Positions 26,997 through 42,300 of a stretch of DNA of 64,000 nt are shown here, piece by piece; the first letter of the stretch is position 1; each line of letters opens with the position of its first letter. The stretch is from NCBI GenBank assembly GCA_964057225.1, contig OZ059899.1:20398001-20462000 (forward strand), written 5' to 3'. The position numbers were made by a program, and so were the translations under genes. This DNA is from Auanema rhodensis (taxonomy: Eukaryota; Animalia; Nematoda). The notes below the pieces were generated by a model. It was not told the DNA's origin. It searched no databases and worked only from the letters and a program-made list of their open reading frames with translations.

Positions 26997-29900
26997 TATT
27001 GAGCGTTTCTCAATGTAGTATAGTGCATTCGATGCGGATTTTTAAGCTGCGTCGATCTGTATTATCAGATTTGCGCTATCTTAAAAATGCACCGAGATAT
27101 CAACTGATATAAGTTCACACTTATATCCTCGATTTTCAACCTGAAGAATTAATTTCTTCGTTGAATAACAATGTCCATCGTCTTCGCCTTAAAAAAAAAA
27201 TCTAAAAACATCTACTTTTTGTGAAATTATTTTGAAATTTTTAGGGAAAATTTTTGTCAAAAAGTTTTTGGAAGCAATGTTGAGTGTACATGGAAACTCA
27301 ACATACACTAATGCATCATTTTTCAAACGATCATAACTAATTTTTGTATTGAGCGTTTCTCAATGTAGTATAGTGCATTCGATGCGGATTTTTAAGCTGC
27401 GTCGATCCATGTTATCAGATTTGCGCTATCTTAAAAATGCACCGAGATATCAACTGATATAAGTTCACACTTATATCCTCGATTTTCACCCTGAAGAATT
27501 AATTTTTTCGTTGAATAACATTGTCCATCGTCTTCGCCTTGAAAAAAGGAATCTAAAAACATCTACTTTTTGTGAAATTATTTTGAAATTTTCAGGGAAA
27601 ATTTTTGTCAAAATGTTTTTGGAAGCAATGTTGAGTGTACATGGAAACTCAACATACACTAATGCATCATTTTTCAAACGATCATAACTAATTTTTGTAT
27701 TAAGCGTTTCTCAATGTAGTATAGTGCATTCGATGCGGATTTTTAAGCTGCGTCGATCCATGTTATCAGATTTGCGCTATCTTAAAAATGCACCGAGATA
27801 TCAACTGATATAAGTTCACACTTATATCCTCGATTTTCAACCTGAAGAATTAATTTCTTCGTTGAATAACAATGTCCATCGTCTTCGCCTTGAAAAAAGG
27901 AATCTAAAAACATCTACTTTTTGTGAAATTATTTTGAAATTTTCAAGGAAAATTTTTGTCAAAATGTTTTTGGAAGCAATGTTGAGTGTACATGGAAACT
28001 CAACATACACTAATGCATCATTTTTCAAACGATCATAACTAATTTTTGTATTGAGCGTTTCTCAATGTAGTATAGTGCATTCGATGTGGATTTTTAAGCT
28101 GCGTCGATCCATGTTATCAGATTTGCGCTATCTTAAAAATGCACCGAGATATCAACTGATATAAGTTCACACTTATATCCTCGATTTTCACCCTGAAGAA
28201 TTAATTTTTTCGTTGAATAACATTGTCCATCGTCTTCGCCTTGAAAAAAGGAATCTAAAAACATCTACTTTTTGTGAAATTATTTTGAAATTTTCAGGGA
28301 AAATTTTTGTCAAAATGTTTTTGGAAGCAATGTTGAGTGTACATGGAAACTCAACATACACTAATGCATCATTTTTCAAACGATCATAACTAATTTTTGT
28401 ATTAAGCGTTTCTCAATGTAGTATAGTGCATTCGATGCGGATTTTTAAGCTGCGTCGATCCATGTTATCAGATTTGCGCTATCTTAAAAATGCACCGAGA
28501 TATCAACTGATATAAGTTCACACTTATATCCTCGATTTTCAACCTGAAGAATTAATTTCTTCGTTGAATAACAATGTCCATCGTCTTCGCCTTGAAAAAA
28601 GGAATCTAAAAACATCTACTTTTTGTGAAATTATTTTGAAATTTTCAAGGAAAATTTTTGTCAAAATGTTTTTGGAAGCAATGTTGAGTGTACATGGAAA
28701 CTCAACATACACTAATGCATCATTTTTCAAACGATCATAACTAATTTTTTTATTGAGCGTTTCTCAATGTAGTATAGTGCATTCGATGCGGATTTTTAAG
28801 CTGCGTCGATCTATGTTATCAGATTTGCGCTATCTTAAAAATGCACCGAGATATCAACTGATATAAGTTCACACTTATATCCTCGATTTTCAACCTGAAG
28901 AATTAATTTCTTCGTTGAATAACAATGTCCATCGTCTTCGCCTTAAAAAAAAATCTAAAAACATCTACTTTTTGTGAAATTATTTTGAAATTTTTAGGGA
29001 AAATTTTTGTCAAAAAGTTTTTGGAAGCTATGTTGAGTGTACATGGAAACTCAACATACACTAATGCATCATTTTTCAAACGATCATAACTAATTTTTGT
29101 ATTGAGCGTTTCTCAATGTAGTATAGTGCTTTCGATGCGGATTTTTAAGCTGCGTCGATCCATGTTATCAGATTTGCGCTATCTTAAAAATGCACCGAGA
29201 TATCAACTGATATAAGTTCACACTTATATCCTCGATTTTCACCCTGAAGAATTAATTTTTTCGTTGAATAACATTGTCCATCGTCTTCGCCTTGAAAAAA
29301 GGAATCTAAAAACATCTACTTTTTGTGAAATTATTTTGAAATTTTCAGGGAAAATTTTTGTCAAAATGTTTTTGGAAGCAATGTTGAGTGTACATGGAAA
29401 CTCAACATACACTAATGCATCATTTTTCAAACGATCATAACTAATTTTTGTATTGAGCGTTTCTCAATGTAGTATAGTGCATTCGATGCGGATTTTTAAG
29501 CTGCGTCGATCCATGTTATCAGATTTGCGCTATCTTAAAAATGCACCGAGATATCAACTGATATAAGTTCACACTTATATCCTCGATTTTCACCCTGAAG
29601 AATTAATTTTTTCGTTGAATAACATTGTCCATCGTCTTCGCCTTGAAAAAAGGAATCTAAAAACATCTACTTTTTGTGAAATTATTTTGAAATTTTCAGG
29701 GAAAATTTTTGTCAAAATGTTTTTGGAAGCAATGTTGAGTGTACATGGAAACTCAACATACACTAATGCATCATTTTTCAAACGATCATAACTAATTTTT
29801 GTATTGAGCGTTTCTCAATGTAGTATAGTGCATTCGATGCGGATTTTTAAGCTGCGTCGATCCATGTTATCAGATTTGCGCTATCTTAAAAATGCACCGA

Positions 29901-30389
29901 GATATCAACTGATATAAGTTCACACTTATATCCTCGATTTTCACCCTGAAGAATTAATTTTTTCGTTGAATAACATTGTCCATCGTCTTCGCCTTGAAAA
30001 AAGGAATCTAAAAACATCTACTTTTTGTGAAATTATTTTGAAATTTTCAGGGAAAATTTTTGTCAAAATGTTTTTGGAAGCAATGTTGAGTGTACATGGA
30101 AACTCAACATACACTAATGCATCATTTTTCAAACGATCATAACTAATTTTTGTATTGAGCGTTTCTCAATGTAGTATAGTGCATTCGATGCGGATTTTTA
30201 AGCTGCGTCGATCCATGTTATCAGATTTGCGCTATCTTAAAAATGCACCGAGATATCAACTGATATAAGTTCACACTTATATCCTCGATTTTCACCCTGA
30301 AGAATTAATTTTTTCGTTGAATAACATTGTCCATCGTCTTCGCCTTGAAAAAAGGAATCTAAAAACATCTACTTTTTGTGAAATTATTT

Positions 30390-33300
30390 CGAAATTTTTA
30401 GGGAAAATTTTTGTCAAAATGTTTTTGGAAGCAATGTTGAGTGTACATGGAAACTCAACATACACTAATACATCATTTTCTAAACGATCATAACTAATTT
30501 TTGTATTGAGGGTTTCTTAATGTAGTATAGTGCATTCGATGCGGATTTTTAAGCTGCGTCGATCTATGTTATCAGATTTGCGCTATCTTTAAAATGCACC
30601 GATATATCAACTGATATAAGTTCACACTTATATCCTCGATTTTCACCCTGAAGAATTAATTTTTTTGTTGAATAACATTGTCCATCGTCTTCGCCTTGAA
30701 AAAAGGAATCTAAAAACATCTACTTTTTGTGAAATTATTATGAAATTTTTAGGGAAAATTTTTGTCAAAATGTTTTTGGAAGCAATGTTGAGTGTACATG
30801 GAAACTCAACATACACTAATACATCATTTTTTAAACGATCATAACTAATTTTTGTAATGAGGGTTTCTCAATGTAGTATAGTGCATTCGATGCGGATTTT
30901 TAAGCTGCGTCGATCTATGTTATCAGATTTGCGCTAGCTTAAAAAAGCACCGAGATATCAACTGATATAAGTTCACACTTATATCCTCGATTTTCATCCT
31001 GAAAAATTGATTTTTTCGTTGAATAACATTGTCCATCGTCTTTGCCTTGAAAAAAGGAATCTAAAAACATCTACTTTTTGTGAAATTATTTCGAAATTTT
31101 TAGGGAAAATTTTTGTCAAAATGTTTTTGAAAGCAATGTTGAGTGTACATGGAAACTCAACATACACTAATACATCATTTTTTAAACGATCATAACTAAT
31201 TTTTGTATTGAGGGTTTCTCAATGTAGTATAGTGCATTCGATGCGGATTTTTAAGCTGCGTCGATCTGTGTTATCAGATTTGCGCTAGCTTAAAAAAGCA
31301 CCGAGATATCAACTGATATAAGTTCACACTTATATCCTCGATTTTCACCCTGAAGAATTAATTTTTTTGTTGAATAACATTGTCCATCGTCTTCGCCTTG
31401 AAAAAAGGAATCTAAAAACATCTACTTTTTGTGAAATTATTTCGAAATTTTTAGGGAAAATTTTTGTCAAAATGTTTTTGGAAGCAATGTTGAGTGTACA
31501 TGGAAACTCAACATACACTAATACATCATTTTTTAAACGATCATAACTAATTTTTGTATTGAGGGTTTCTCAATGTAGTATAGTGCATTCGATGCGGATT
31601 TTTAAGCTGCGTCGATCTGTGTTATCAGATTTGCGCTAGCTTAAAAAAGCACCGAGATATCAACTGATATAAGTTCACACTTATATCTTCGATTTTCACC
31701 CTGAAGAATTAATTTTTTTGTTGAATAACATTGTCCATCGTCTTCGCCTTGAAAAAAAGAATCTAAAAACATCTACTTTTTGTGAAATTATTTCGAAATT
31801 TTTAGGGAAAATTTTTGTCAAAATGTTTTTGGAAGCAATGTTGAGTGTACATGGAAACTCAACATACACTAATACATCATTTTTTAAACGATCATAACTA
31901 ATTTTTGTATTGAGGGTTTCTCAATGTAGTATAGTGCATTCGATGCGGATTTTTAAGCTGCGTCGATCTGTGTTATCAGATTTGCGCTAGCTTAAAAAAG
32001 CACCGAGATATCAACTGATATAAGTTCACACTTATATCTTCGATTTTCACCCTGAAGAATTAATTTTTTTGTTGAATAACATTGTCCATCGTCTTCGCCT
32101 TGAAAAAAAGAATCTAAAAACATCTACTTTTTGTGAAATTATTTCGAAATTTTTAGGGAAAATTTTTGTCAAAATGTTTTTGGAAGCAATGTTGAGTGTA
32201 CATGGAAACTCAACATACACTAATACATCATTTTTTAAACGATCATAACTAATTTTTGTATTGAGGGTTTCTCAATGTAGTATAGTGCATTCGATGCGGA
32301 TTTTTAAGCTGCGTCGATCTGTGTTATCAGATTTGCGCTAGCTTAAAAATGCACCGAGATATCAACTGATATAAGTTCACACTTATATCCTCGATTTTCA
32401 CCCTGAAAAATTGATTTTTTCGTTAAATAACACTGTCCATCGTCTTTGCTTTGAAAAAAGGAATCTAAAAACATCTACTTTTTGTGAAATTATTTTGAAA
32501 TTTTTAGGGAAAATTTTTGTCAAAATGTTTTTGGAAGCAATGTTGAGTGTACATGGAAACTCAACATACACTAATGCATCATTTTTCAAACGATCATAAC
32601 TAATTTTTGTATTAAGCGTTTTTCAATGTAGTATAGTGCATTCGATGCGGATTTTTAAGCTGCGTCGATCTGTGTTATCAGATTTGCGCTAGCTTAAAAA
32701 AGCACCGAGATATCAACTGATATAAGTTCACACTTATATCCTCGATTTTCACCCTGAAGAATTGATTTTTTTGTTGAATAACATTGTCCATCGTCTTCGC
32801 CTTGAAAAAAGGAATCTAAAAACATCTACTTTTCGTGAAATTATTTCGAAATTTTTAGGTAAAATTTTTGTCAAAATGTTTTTGAAAGCAATGTTGAGTG
32901 TACATGGAAACTCAACATACACTAATGCATCATTTTTCAAACGATCATGACTAATTTTTGTATTGAGGGTTTCTCAATGTAGAATAGTGCATTCGATGCG
33001 GATTTTTAAGCTGCGTCGATCTGTGTTATCAGATTTGCGCTAGCTTAAAAAAGCACCGAGATATCAACTGATATAAGTTCACACTTATATCTTCGATTTT
33101 CACCCTGAAGAAGTAATTTTTTCGTTAAATAACATTGTCCATCGTCTTCGCCTTGAAAAAAGGAATCTAAAAACATCTACTTTTCGTGAAATTATTTCGA
33201 AATTTTTAGGTAAAATTTTTGTCAAAATGTTTTTGAAAGCAATGTTGAGTGTACATGGAAACTCAACATACACTAATGCATCATTTTTCAAACGATCATG

Positions 33301-36300
33301 ACTAATTTTTGTATTGAGGGCTTCTCAATGTAGTATAGTGCATTCGATGCGGATTTTTAAGCTGCGTCGATCTGTGTTATCAGATTTGCGCTAGCTTAAA
33401 AATGCACCGAGATATCAACTGATATAAGTTCACACTTATATCCTCGATTTTCACCCTGAAAAATTGATTTTTTCGTTAAATAACACTGTCCATCGTCTTT
33501 GCCTTGAAAAAAGGAATCTAAAAACATCTACTTTTTGTGAAATTATTTTGAAATTTTCAGGGAAAATTTTTGTCAAAATGTTTTTGGAAGCAATGTTGAG
33601 TGTACATGGAAACTCAACATACACTAATGCATCATTTTTCAAACGATCATAACTAATTTTTGTATTAAGCGTTTTTCAATGTAGTATAGTGCATTCGATG
33701 CGGATTTTTAAGCTGCGTCGATCTGTGTTATCAGATTTGCGCTAGCTTAAAAATGCACCGACATATCAACTGATATAAGTTTACACTTATATCCTCGATT
33801 TTCACCCTGGAGAATTAATTTTTTCGTTGAATAACATTGTCCATCGTCTTCGCCTTGAAAAAAGGAATCTAAAAACATCTACTTTTTGTGAAATTATTTT
33901 GAAATTTTTAGGGAAAATTTTGGTCAAAATGTTTTTGGAAGCAATGTTGAGTGTACATGGAAACTCAACATACACTAATGCATCATTTTTCAAACGATCA
34001 TAACTAATTTTTGTATTAAGCGTTTTTCAATGTAGTATAGTGCATTCGATGCGGATTTTTAAGCTGCGTCGATCTGTGTTATCAGATTTGCGCTAGCTTA
34101 AAAAAGCACCGAGATATCAACTGATATAAGTTCACACTTATATCCTCGATTTTCACCCTGGAGAATTGATTTTTTTGTTGAATAACATTGTCCATCGTCT
34201 TCGCCTTGAAAAAAGGAATCTAAAAACATCTACTTTTCGTGAAATTATTTCGAAATTTTCAGGGAAAATTTTTGTCAAAATGTTTTTGGAAGCAATGTTG
34301 AGTGTACATGGAAACTCAACATACACTAATGCATCATTTTTCAAACGATCATAACTAATTTTTGTATTAAGCGTTTTTCAATGTAGTATAGTGCATTCGA
34401 TGCGGATTTTTAAGCTGCGTCGATCTGTGTTATCAGATTTGCGCTAGCTTAAAAATGCACCGAGATATCAACTGATATAAGTTTACACTTATATCCTCGA
34501 TTTTCACCCTGAAGAATTAATTTTTTTGTTGAATAACATTGTCCATCGTCTTCGCCTTGAAAAAAGGAATCTAAAAACATCTACTTTTTTTGAAATTATT
34601 TTGAAATTTTCAGGGAAAATTTTTGTCAAAATGTTTTTGGAAGCAATGTTGAGTGTACATGGAAACTCAACATACACTAATGCATCATTTTTCAAACGAT
34701 CATGACTAATTTTTGTATTGAGGGTTTCTCAATGTAGTATAGTGCATTCGATGCGGATTTTTAAGCTGCGTCGATCTGTGTTATCAGATTTGCGCTAGCT
34801 TAAAAATGCACCGAGATATCAACTGATATAAGTTTACACTTATATCCTCGATTTTCACCCTGGAGAATTAATTTTTTCGTTGAATAACATTGTCCATCGT
34901 CTTTGCCTTGAAAAAAGGAATCTAAAAACATCTACTTTTTGTGAAATTATTTTGAAATTTTTAGGGAAAATTTTGGTCAAAATGTTTTTGGAAGCAATGT
35001 TGAGTGTACATGGAAACTCAACATACACTAATGCATCATTTTTCAAACGATCATGACTAATTTTTGTATTGAGGGTTTCTCAATGTAGTATAGTGCATTC
35101 GATGCGGATTTTTAAGCTGCGTCGATCTGTGTTATCAGATTTGCGCTAGCTTAAAAATGCACCGAGATATCAACTGATATAAGTTTACACTTATATCCTC
35201 GATTTTCACCCTGGAGAATTAATTTTTTCGTTGAATAACATTGTCCATCGTCTTCGCCTTGAAAAAAGGAATCTAAAAACATCTACTTTTTGTGAAATTA
35301 TTTTGAAATTTTTAGGGAAAATTTTGGTCAAAATGTTTTTGGAAGCAATGTTGAGTGTACATGGAAACTCAACATACACTAATGCATCATTTTTCAAACG
35401 ATCATAACTAATTTTTGTATTAAGCGTTTTTCAATGTAGTATAGTGCATTCGATGCGGATTTTTAAGCTGCGTCGATCTGTGTTATCAGATTTGCGCTAG
35501 CTTAAAAATGCACCGAGATATCAACTGATATAAGTTCACACTTATATCCTCGATTTTCACCCTGAAAAATTGATTTTTTCGTTAAATAACACTGTCCATC
35601 GTCTTTGCCTTGAAAAAAGGAATCTAAAAACATCTACTTTTCGTGAAATTATTTCGAAATTTTTAGGTAAAATTTTTGTCAAAATGTTTTTGGAAGCAAT
35701 GTTGAGTGTACATGGAAACTCAACATACACTAATGCATCATTTTTCAAACGATCATGACTAATTTTTGTATTGAGGGCTTCTCAATGTAGTATAGTGTAT
35801 TCGATGCGGATTTTTAAGCTGCGTCGATCTGTGTTATCAGATTTGCGCTAGCTTAAAAAAGCACCGAGATATCAACTGATATAAGTTCACACTTATATCT
35901 TCGATTTTCACCCTGAAGAATTAATTTTTTTGTTGAATAACATTGTCCATCGTCTTCGCCTTGAAAAAAAGAATCTAAAAACATCTACTTTTTGTGAAAT
36001 TATTTCGAAATTTTTAGGGAAAATTTTTGTCAAAATGTTTTTGGAAGCAATGTTGAGTGTACATGGAAACTCAACATACACTAATACATCATTTTTTAAA
36101 CGATCATAACTAATTTTTGTATTGAGGGTTTCTCAATGTAGTATAGTGCATTCGATGCGGATTTTTAAGCTGCGTCGATCTGTGTTATCAGATTTGCGCT
36201 AGCTTAAAAAAGCACCGAGATATCAACTGATATAAGTTCACACTTATATCTTCGATTTTCACCCTGAAGAATTAATTTTTTTGTTGAATAACATTGTCCA

Positions 36301-39300
36301 TCGTCTTCGCCTTGAAAAAAAGAATCTAAAAACATCTACTTTTTGTGAAATTATTTCGAAATTTTTAGGGAAAATTTTTGTCAAAATGTTTTTGGAAGCA
36401 ATGTTGAGTGTACATGGAAACTCAACATACACTAATACATCATTTTTTAAACGATCATAACTAATTTTTGTATTGAGGGTTTCTCAATGTAGTATAGTGC
36501 ATTCGATGCGGATTTTTAAGCTGCGTCGATCTGTGTTATCAGATTTGCGCTAGCTTAAAAATGCACCGAGATATCAACTGATATAAGTTCACACTTATAT
36601 CCTCGATTTTCACCCTGAAAAATTGATTTTTTCGTTAAATAACACTGTCCATCGTCTTTGCTTTGAAAAAAGGAATCTAAAAACATCTACTTTTTGTGAA
36701 ATTATTTTGAAATTTTCAGGGAAAATTTTTGTCAAAATGTTTTTGGAAGCAATGTTGAGTGTACATGGAAACTCAACATACACTAATGCATCATTTTTCA
36801 AACGATCATAACTAATTTTTGTATTAAGCGTTTTTCAATGTAGTATAGTGCATTCGATGCGGATTTTTAAGCTGCGTCGATCTGTGTTATCAGATTTGCG
36901 CTAGCTTAAAAATGCACCGAGATATCAACTGATATAAGTTTACACTTATATCCTCGATTTTCACCCTGGAGAATTAATTTTTTCGTTGAATAACATTGTC
37001 CATCGTCTTCGCCTTGAAAAAAGGAATCTAAAAACATCTACTTTTTGTGAAATTATTCTGAAATTTTTAGGGAAAATTTTGGTCAAAATGTTTTTGGAAG
37101 CAATGTTGAGTGTACATGGAAACTCAACATACACTAATGCATCATTTTTCAAACGATCATAACTAATTTTTGTATTGAGCGTTTCTCAATGTAGTATAGT
37201 GCATTCGATGCGGATTTTTAAGCTGCGTCGATCCATGTTATCAGATTTGCGCTAGCTTAAAAATGCACCGAGATATCAACTGATATAAGTTCACACTTAT
37301 ATCCTCGATTTTCACCCTGAAAAATTGATTTTTTCGTTAAATAACACTGTCCATCGTCTTTGCTTTGAAAAAAGGAATCTAAAAACATCTACTTTTTGTG
37401 AAATTATTTTGAAATTTTTAGGGAAAATTTTTGTCAAAATGTTTTTGGAAGCAATGTTGAGTGTACATGGAAACTCAACATACACTAATGCATCATTTTT
37501 CAAACGATCATAACTAATTTTTGTATTAAGCGTTTTTCAATGTAGTATAGTGCATTCGATGCGGATTTTTAAGCTGCGTCGATCTGTGTTATCAGATTTG
37601 CGCTAGCTTAAAAAAGCACCGAGATATCAACTGATATAAGTTCACACTTATATCCTCGATTTTCACCCTGAAGAATTGATTTTTTTGTTGAATAACATTG
37701 TCCATCGTCTTCGCCTTGAAAAAAGGAATCTAAAAACATCTACTTTTCGTGAAATTATTTCGAAATTTTTAGGTAAAATTTTTGTCAAAATGTTTTTGAA
37801 AGCAATGTTGAGTGTACATGGAAACTCAACATACACTAATGCATCATTTTTCAAACGATCATGACTAATTTTTGTATTGAGGGTTTCTCAATGTAGAATA
37901 GTGCATTCGATGCGGATTTTTAAGCTGCGTCGATCTGTGTTATCAGATTTGCGCTAGCTTAAAAAAGCACCGAGATATCAACTGATATAAGTTCACACTT
38001 ATATCTTCGATTTTCACCCTGAAGAATTAATTTTTTCGTTAAATAACATTGTCCATCGTCTTCGCCTTGAAAAAAGGAATCTAAAAACATCTACTTTTCG
38101 TGAAATTATTTCGAAATTTTTAGGTAAAATTTTTGTCAAAATGTTTTTGAAAGCAATGTTGAGTGTACATGGAAACTCAACATACACTAATGCATCATTT
38201 TTCAAACGATCATGACTAATTTTTGTATTGAGGGCTTCTCAATGTAGTATAGTGCATTCGATGCGGATTTTTAAGCTGCGTCGATCTGTGTTATCAGATT
38301 TGCGCTAGCTTAAAAATGCACCGAGATATCAACTGATATAAGTTCACACTTATATCCTCGATTTTCACCCTGAAAAATTGATTTTTTCGTTAAATAACAC
38401 TGTCCATCGTCTTTGCCTTGAAAAAAGGAATCTAAAAACATCTACTTTTTGTGAAATTATTTTGAAATTTTCAGGGAAAATTTTTGTCAAAATGTTTTTG
38501 GAAGCAATGTTGAGTGTACATGGAAACTCAACATACACTAATGCATCATTTTTCAAACGATCATAACTAATTTTTGTATTAAGCGTTTTTCAATGTAGTA
38601 TAGTGCATTCGATGCGGATTTTTAAGCTGCGTCGATCTGTGTTATCAGATTTGCGCTAGCTTAAAAATGCACCGACATATCAACTGATATAAGTTTACAC
38701 TTATATCCTTGATTTTCACCCTGGAGAATTAATTTTTTCGTTGAATAACATTGTCCATCGTCTTCGCCTTGAAAAAAGGAATCTAAAAACATCTACTTTT
38801 TGTGAAATTATTTTGAAATTTTTAGGGAAAATTTTGGTCAAAATGTTTTTGGAAGCAATGTTGAGTGTACATGGAAACTCAACATACACTAATGCATCAT
38901 TTTTCAAACGATCATAACTAATTTTTGTATTAAGCGTTTTTCAATGTAGTATAGTGCATTCGATGCGGATTTTTAAGCTGCGTCGATCTGTGTTATCAGA
39001 TTTGCGCTAGCTTAAAAAAGCACCGAGATATCAACTGATATAAGTTCACACTTATATCCTCGATTTTCACCCTGGAGAATTGATTTTTTTGTTGAATAAC
39101 ATTGTCCATCGTCTTCGCCTTGAAAAAAGGAATCTAAAAACATCTACTTTTCGTGAAATTATTTCGAAATTTTCAGGGAAAATTTTTGTCAAAATGTTTT
39201 TGGAAGCAATGTTGAGTGTACATGGAAACTCAACATACACTAATGCATCATTTTTCAAACGATCATAACTAATTTTTGTATTAAGCGTTTTTCAATGTAG

Positions 39301-42300
39301 TATAGTGCATTCGATGCGGATTTTTAAGCTGCGTCGATCTGTGTTATCAGATTTGCGCTAGCTTAAAAATGCACCGAGATATCAACTGATATAAGTTTAC
39401 ACTTATATCCTCGATTTTCACCCTGAAGAATTAATTTTTTTGTTGAATAACATTGTCCATCGTCTTCGCCTTGAAAAAAGGAATCTAAAAACATCTACTT
39501 TTTTTGAAATTATTTTGAAATTTTCAGGGAAAATTTTTGTCAAAATGTTTTTGGAAGCAATGTTGAGTGTACATGGAAACTCAACATACACTAATGCATC
39601 ATTTTTCAAACGATCATGACTAATTTTTGTATTGAGGGTTTCTCAATGTAGTATAGTGCATTCGATGCGGATTTTTAAGCTGCGTCGATCTGTGTTATCA
39701 GATTTGCGCTAGCTTAAAAATGCACCGAGATATCAACTGATATAAGTTTACACTTATATCCTCGATTTTCACCCTGGAGAATTAATTTTTTCGTTGAATA
39801 ACATTGTCCATCGTCTTCGCCTTGAAAAAAGGAATCTAAAAACATCTACTTTTTGTGAAATTATTTTGAAATTTTTAGGGAAAATTTTGGTCAAAATGTT
39901 TTTGGAAGCAATGTTGAGTGTACATGGAAACTCAACATACACTAATGCATCATTTTTCAAACGATCATGACTAATTTTTGTATTGAGGGTTTCTCAATGT
40001 AGTATAGTGCATTCGATGCGGATTTTTAAGCTGCGTCGATCTGTGTTATCAGATTTGCGCTAGCTTAAAAATGCACCGAGATATCAACTGATATAAGTTT
40101 ACACTTATATCCTCGATTTTCACCCTGGAGAATTAATTTTTTCGTTGAATAACATTGTCCATCGTCTTCGCCTTGAAAAAAGGAATCTAAAAACATCTAC
40201 TTTTTGTGAAATTATTTTGAAATTTTTAGGGAAAATTTTGGTCAAAATGTTTTTGGAAGCAATGTTGAGTGTACATGGAAACTCAACATACACTAATGCA
40301 TCATTTTTCAAACGATCATAACTAATTTTTGTATTAAGCGTTTTTCAATGTAGTATAGTGCATTCGATGCGGATTTTTAAGCTGCGTCGATCTGTGTTAT
40401 CAGATTTGCGCTAGCTTAAAAATGCACCGAGATATCAACTGATATAAGTTCACACTTATATCCTCGATTTTCACCCTGAAAAATTGATTTTTTCGTTAAA
40501 TAACACTGTCCATCGTCTTTGCCTTGAAAAAAGGAATCTAAAAACATCTACTTTTTGTGAAATTATTTCGAAATTTTCAGGGAAAATTTTTGTCAAAATG
40601 TTTTTGGAAGCAATGTTGAGTGTACATGGAAACTCAACATACACTAATGCATCATTTTTCAAACGATCATAACTAATTTTTGTATTAAGCGTTTTTCAAT
40701 GTAGTATAGTGCATTCGATGCGGATTTTTAAGCTGCGTCGATCTGTGTTATCAGATTTGCGCTAGCTTAAAAATGCACCGAGATATCAACTGATATAAGT
40801 TTACACTTATATCCTCGATTTTCACCCTGAAGAATTAATTTTTTTGTTGAATAACATTGTCCATCGTCTTCGCCTTGAAAAAAGGAATCTAAAAACATCT
40901 ACTTTTTTTGAAATTATTTTGAAATTTTCAGGGAAAATTTTTGTCAAAATGTTTTTGGAAGCAATGTTGAGTGTACATGGAAACTCAACATACACTAATG
41001 CATCATTTTTCAAACGATCATGACTAATTTTTGTATTGAGGGTTTCTCAATGTAGTATAGTGCATTCGATGCGGATTTTTAAGCTGCGTCGATCTGTGTT
41101 ATCAGATTTGCGCTAGCTTAAAAAAGCACCGAGATATCAACTGATATAAGTTCACACTTATATCCTCGATTTTCACCCTGGAGAATTAATTTTTTTGTTG
41201 AATAACATTGTCCATCGTCTTCGCCTTGAAAAAAGGAATCTAAAAACATCTACTTTTTGTGAAATTATTTTGAAATTTTTAGGGAAAATTTTGGTCAAAA
41301 TGTTTTTGGAAGCAATGTTGAGTGTACATGGAAACTCAACATACACTAATGCATCATTTTTCAAACGATCATAACTAATTTTTGTATTAAGCGTTTTTCA
41401 ATGTAGTATAGTGCATTCGATGCGGATTTTTAAGCTGCGTCGATCTGTGTTATCAGATTTGCGCTAGCTTAAAAATGCACCGAGATATCAACTGATATAA
41501 GTTCACACTTATATCCTCGATTTTCACCCTGAAAAATTGATTTTTTTGTTAAATAACACTGTCCATCGTCTTTGCCTTGAAAAAAGGAATCTAAAAACAT
41601 CTACTTTTTGTGAAATTATTTCGAAATTTTCAGGGAAAATTTTTGTCAAAATGTTTTTGGAAGCAATGTTGAGTGTACATGGAAACTCAACATACACTAA
41701 TGCATCATTTTTCAAACGATCATAACTAATTTTTGTATTAAGCGTTTTTCAATGTAGTATAGTGCATTCGATGCGGATTTTTAAGCTGCGTCGATCTGTG
41801 TTATCAGATTTGCGCTAGCTTAAAAATGCACCGAGATATCAACTGATATAAGTTTACACTTATATCCTCGATTTTCACCCTGAAGAATTAATTTTTTTGT
41901 TGAATAACATTGTCCATCGTCTTCGCCTTGAAAAAAGGAATCTAAAAACATCTACTTTTTTTGAAATTATTTTGAAATTTTCAGGGAAAATTTTTGTCAA
42001 AATGTTTTTGGAAGCAATGTTGAGTGTACATGGAAACTCAACATACACTAATGCATCATTTTTCAAACGATCATGACTAATTTTTGTATTGAGGGTTTCT
42101 CAATGTAGTATAGTGCATTCGATGCGGATTTTTAAGCTGCGTCGATCTGTGTTATCAGATTTGCGCTAGCTTAAAAATGCACCGAGATATCAACTGATAT
42201 AAGTTTACACTTATATCCTCGATTTTCACCCTGAAGAATTAATTTTTTTGTTGAATAACATTGTCCATCGTCTTCGCCTTGAAAAAAGGAATCTAAAAAC

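Noticed and set aside
29594-29630. Hammerhead-ribozyme-like elements CTGAAGA...GAATAACATTGTC (hammerheads are known in some animal satellites)
   Set aside because: GAAA is replaced by GAATA, no stem I can form next to the core, stem II is poor, and common alleles (CTGAAAA, CTGGAGA) break the core. An Infernal search with Rfam hammerhead models would settle it.
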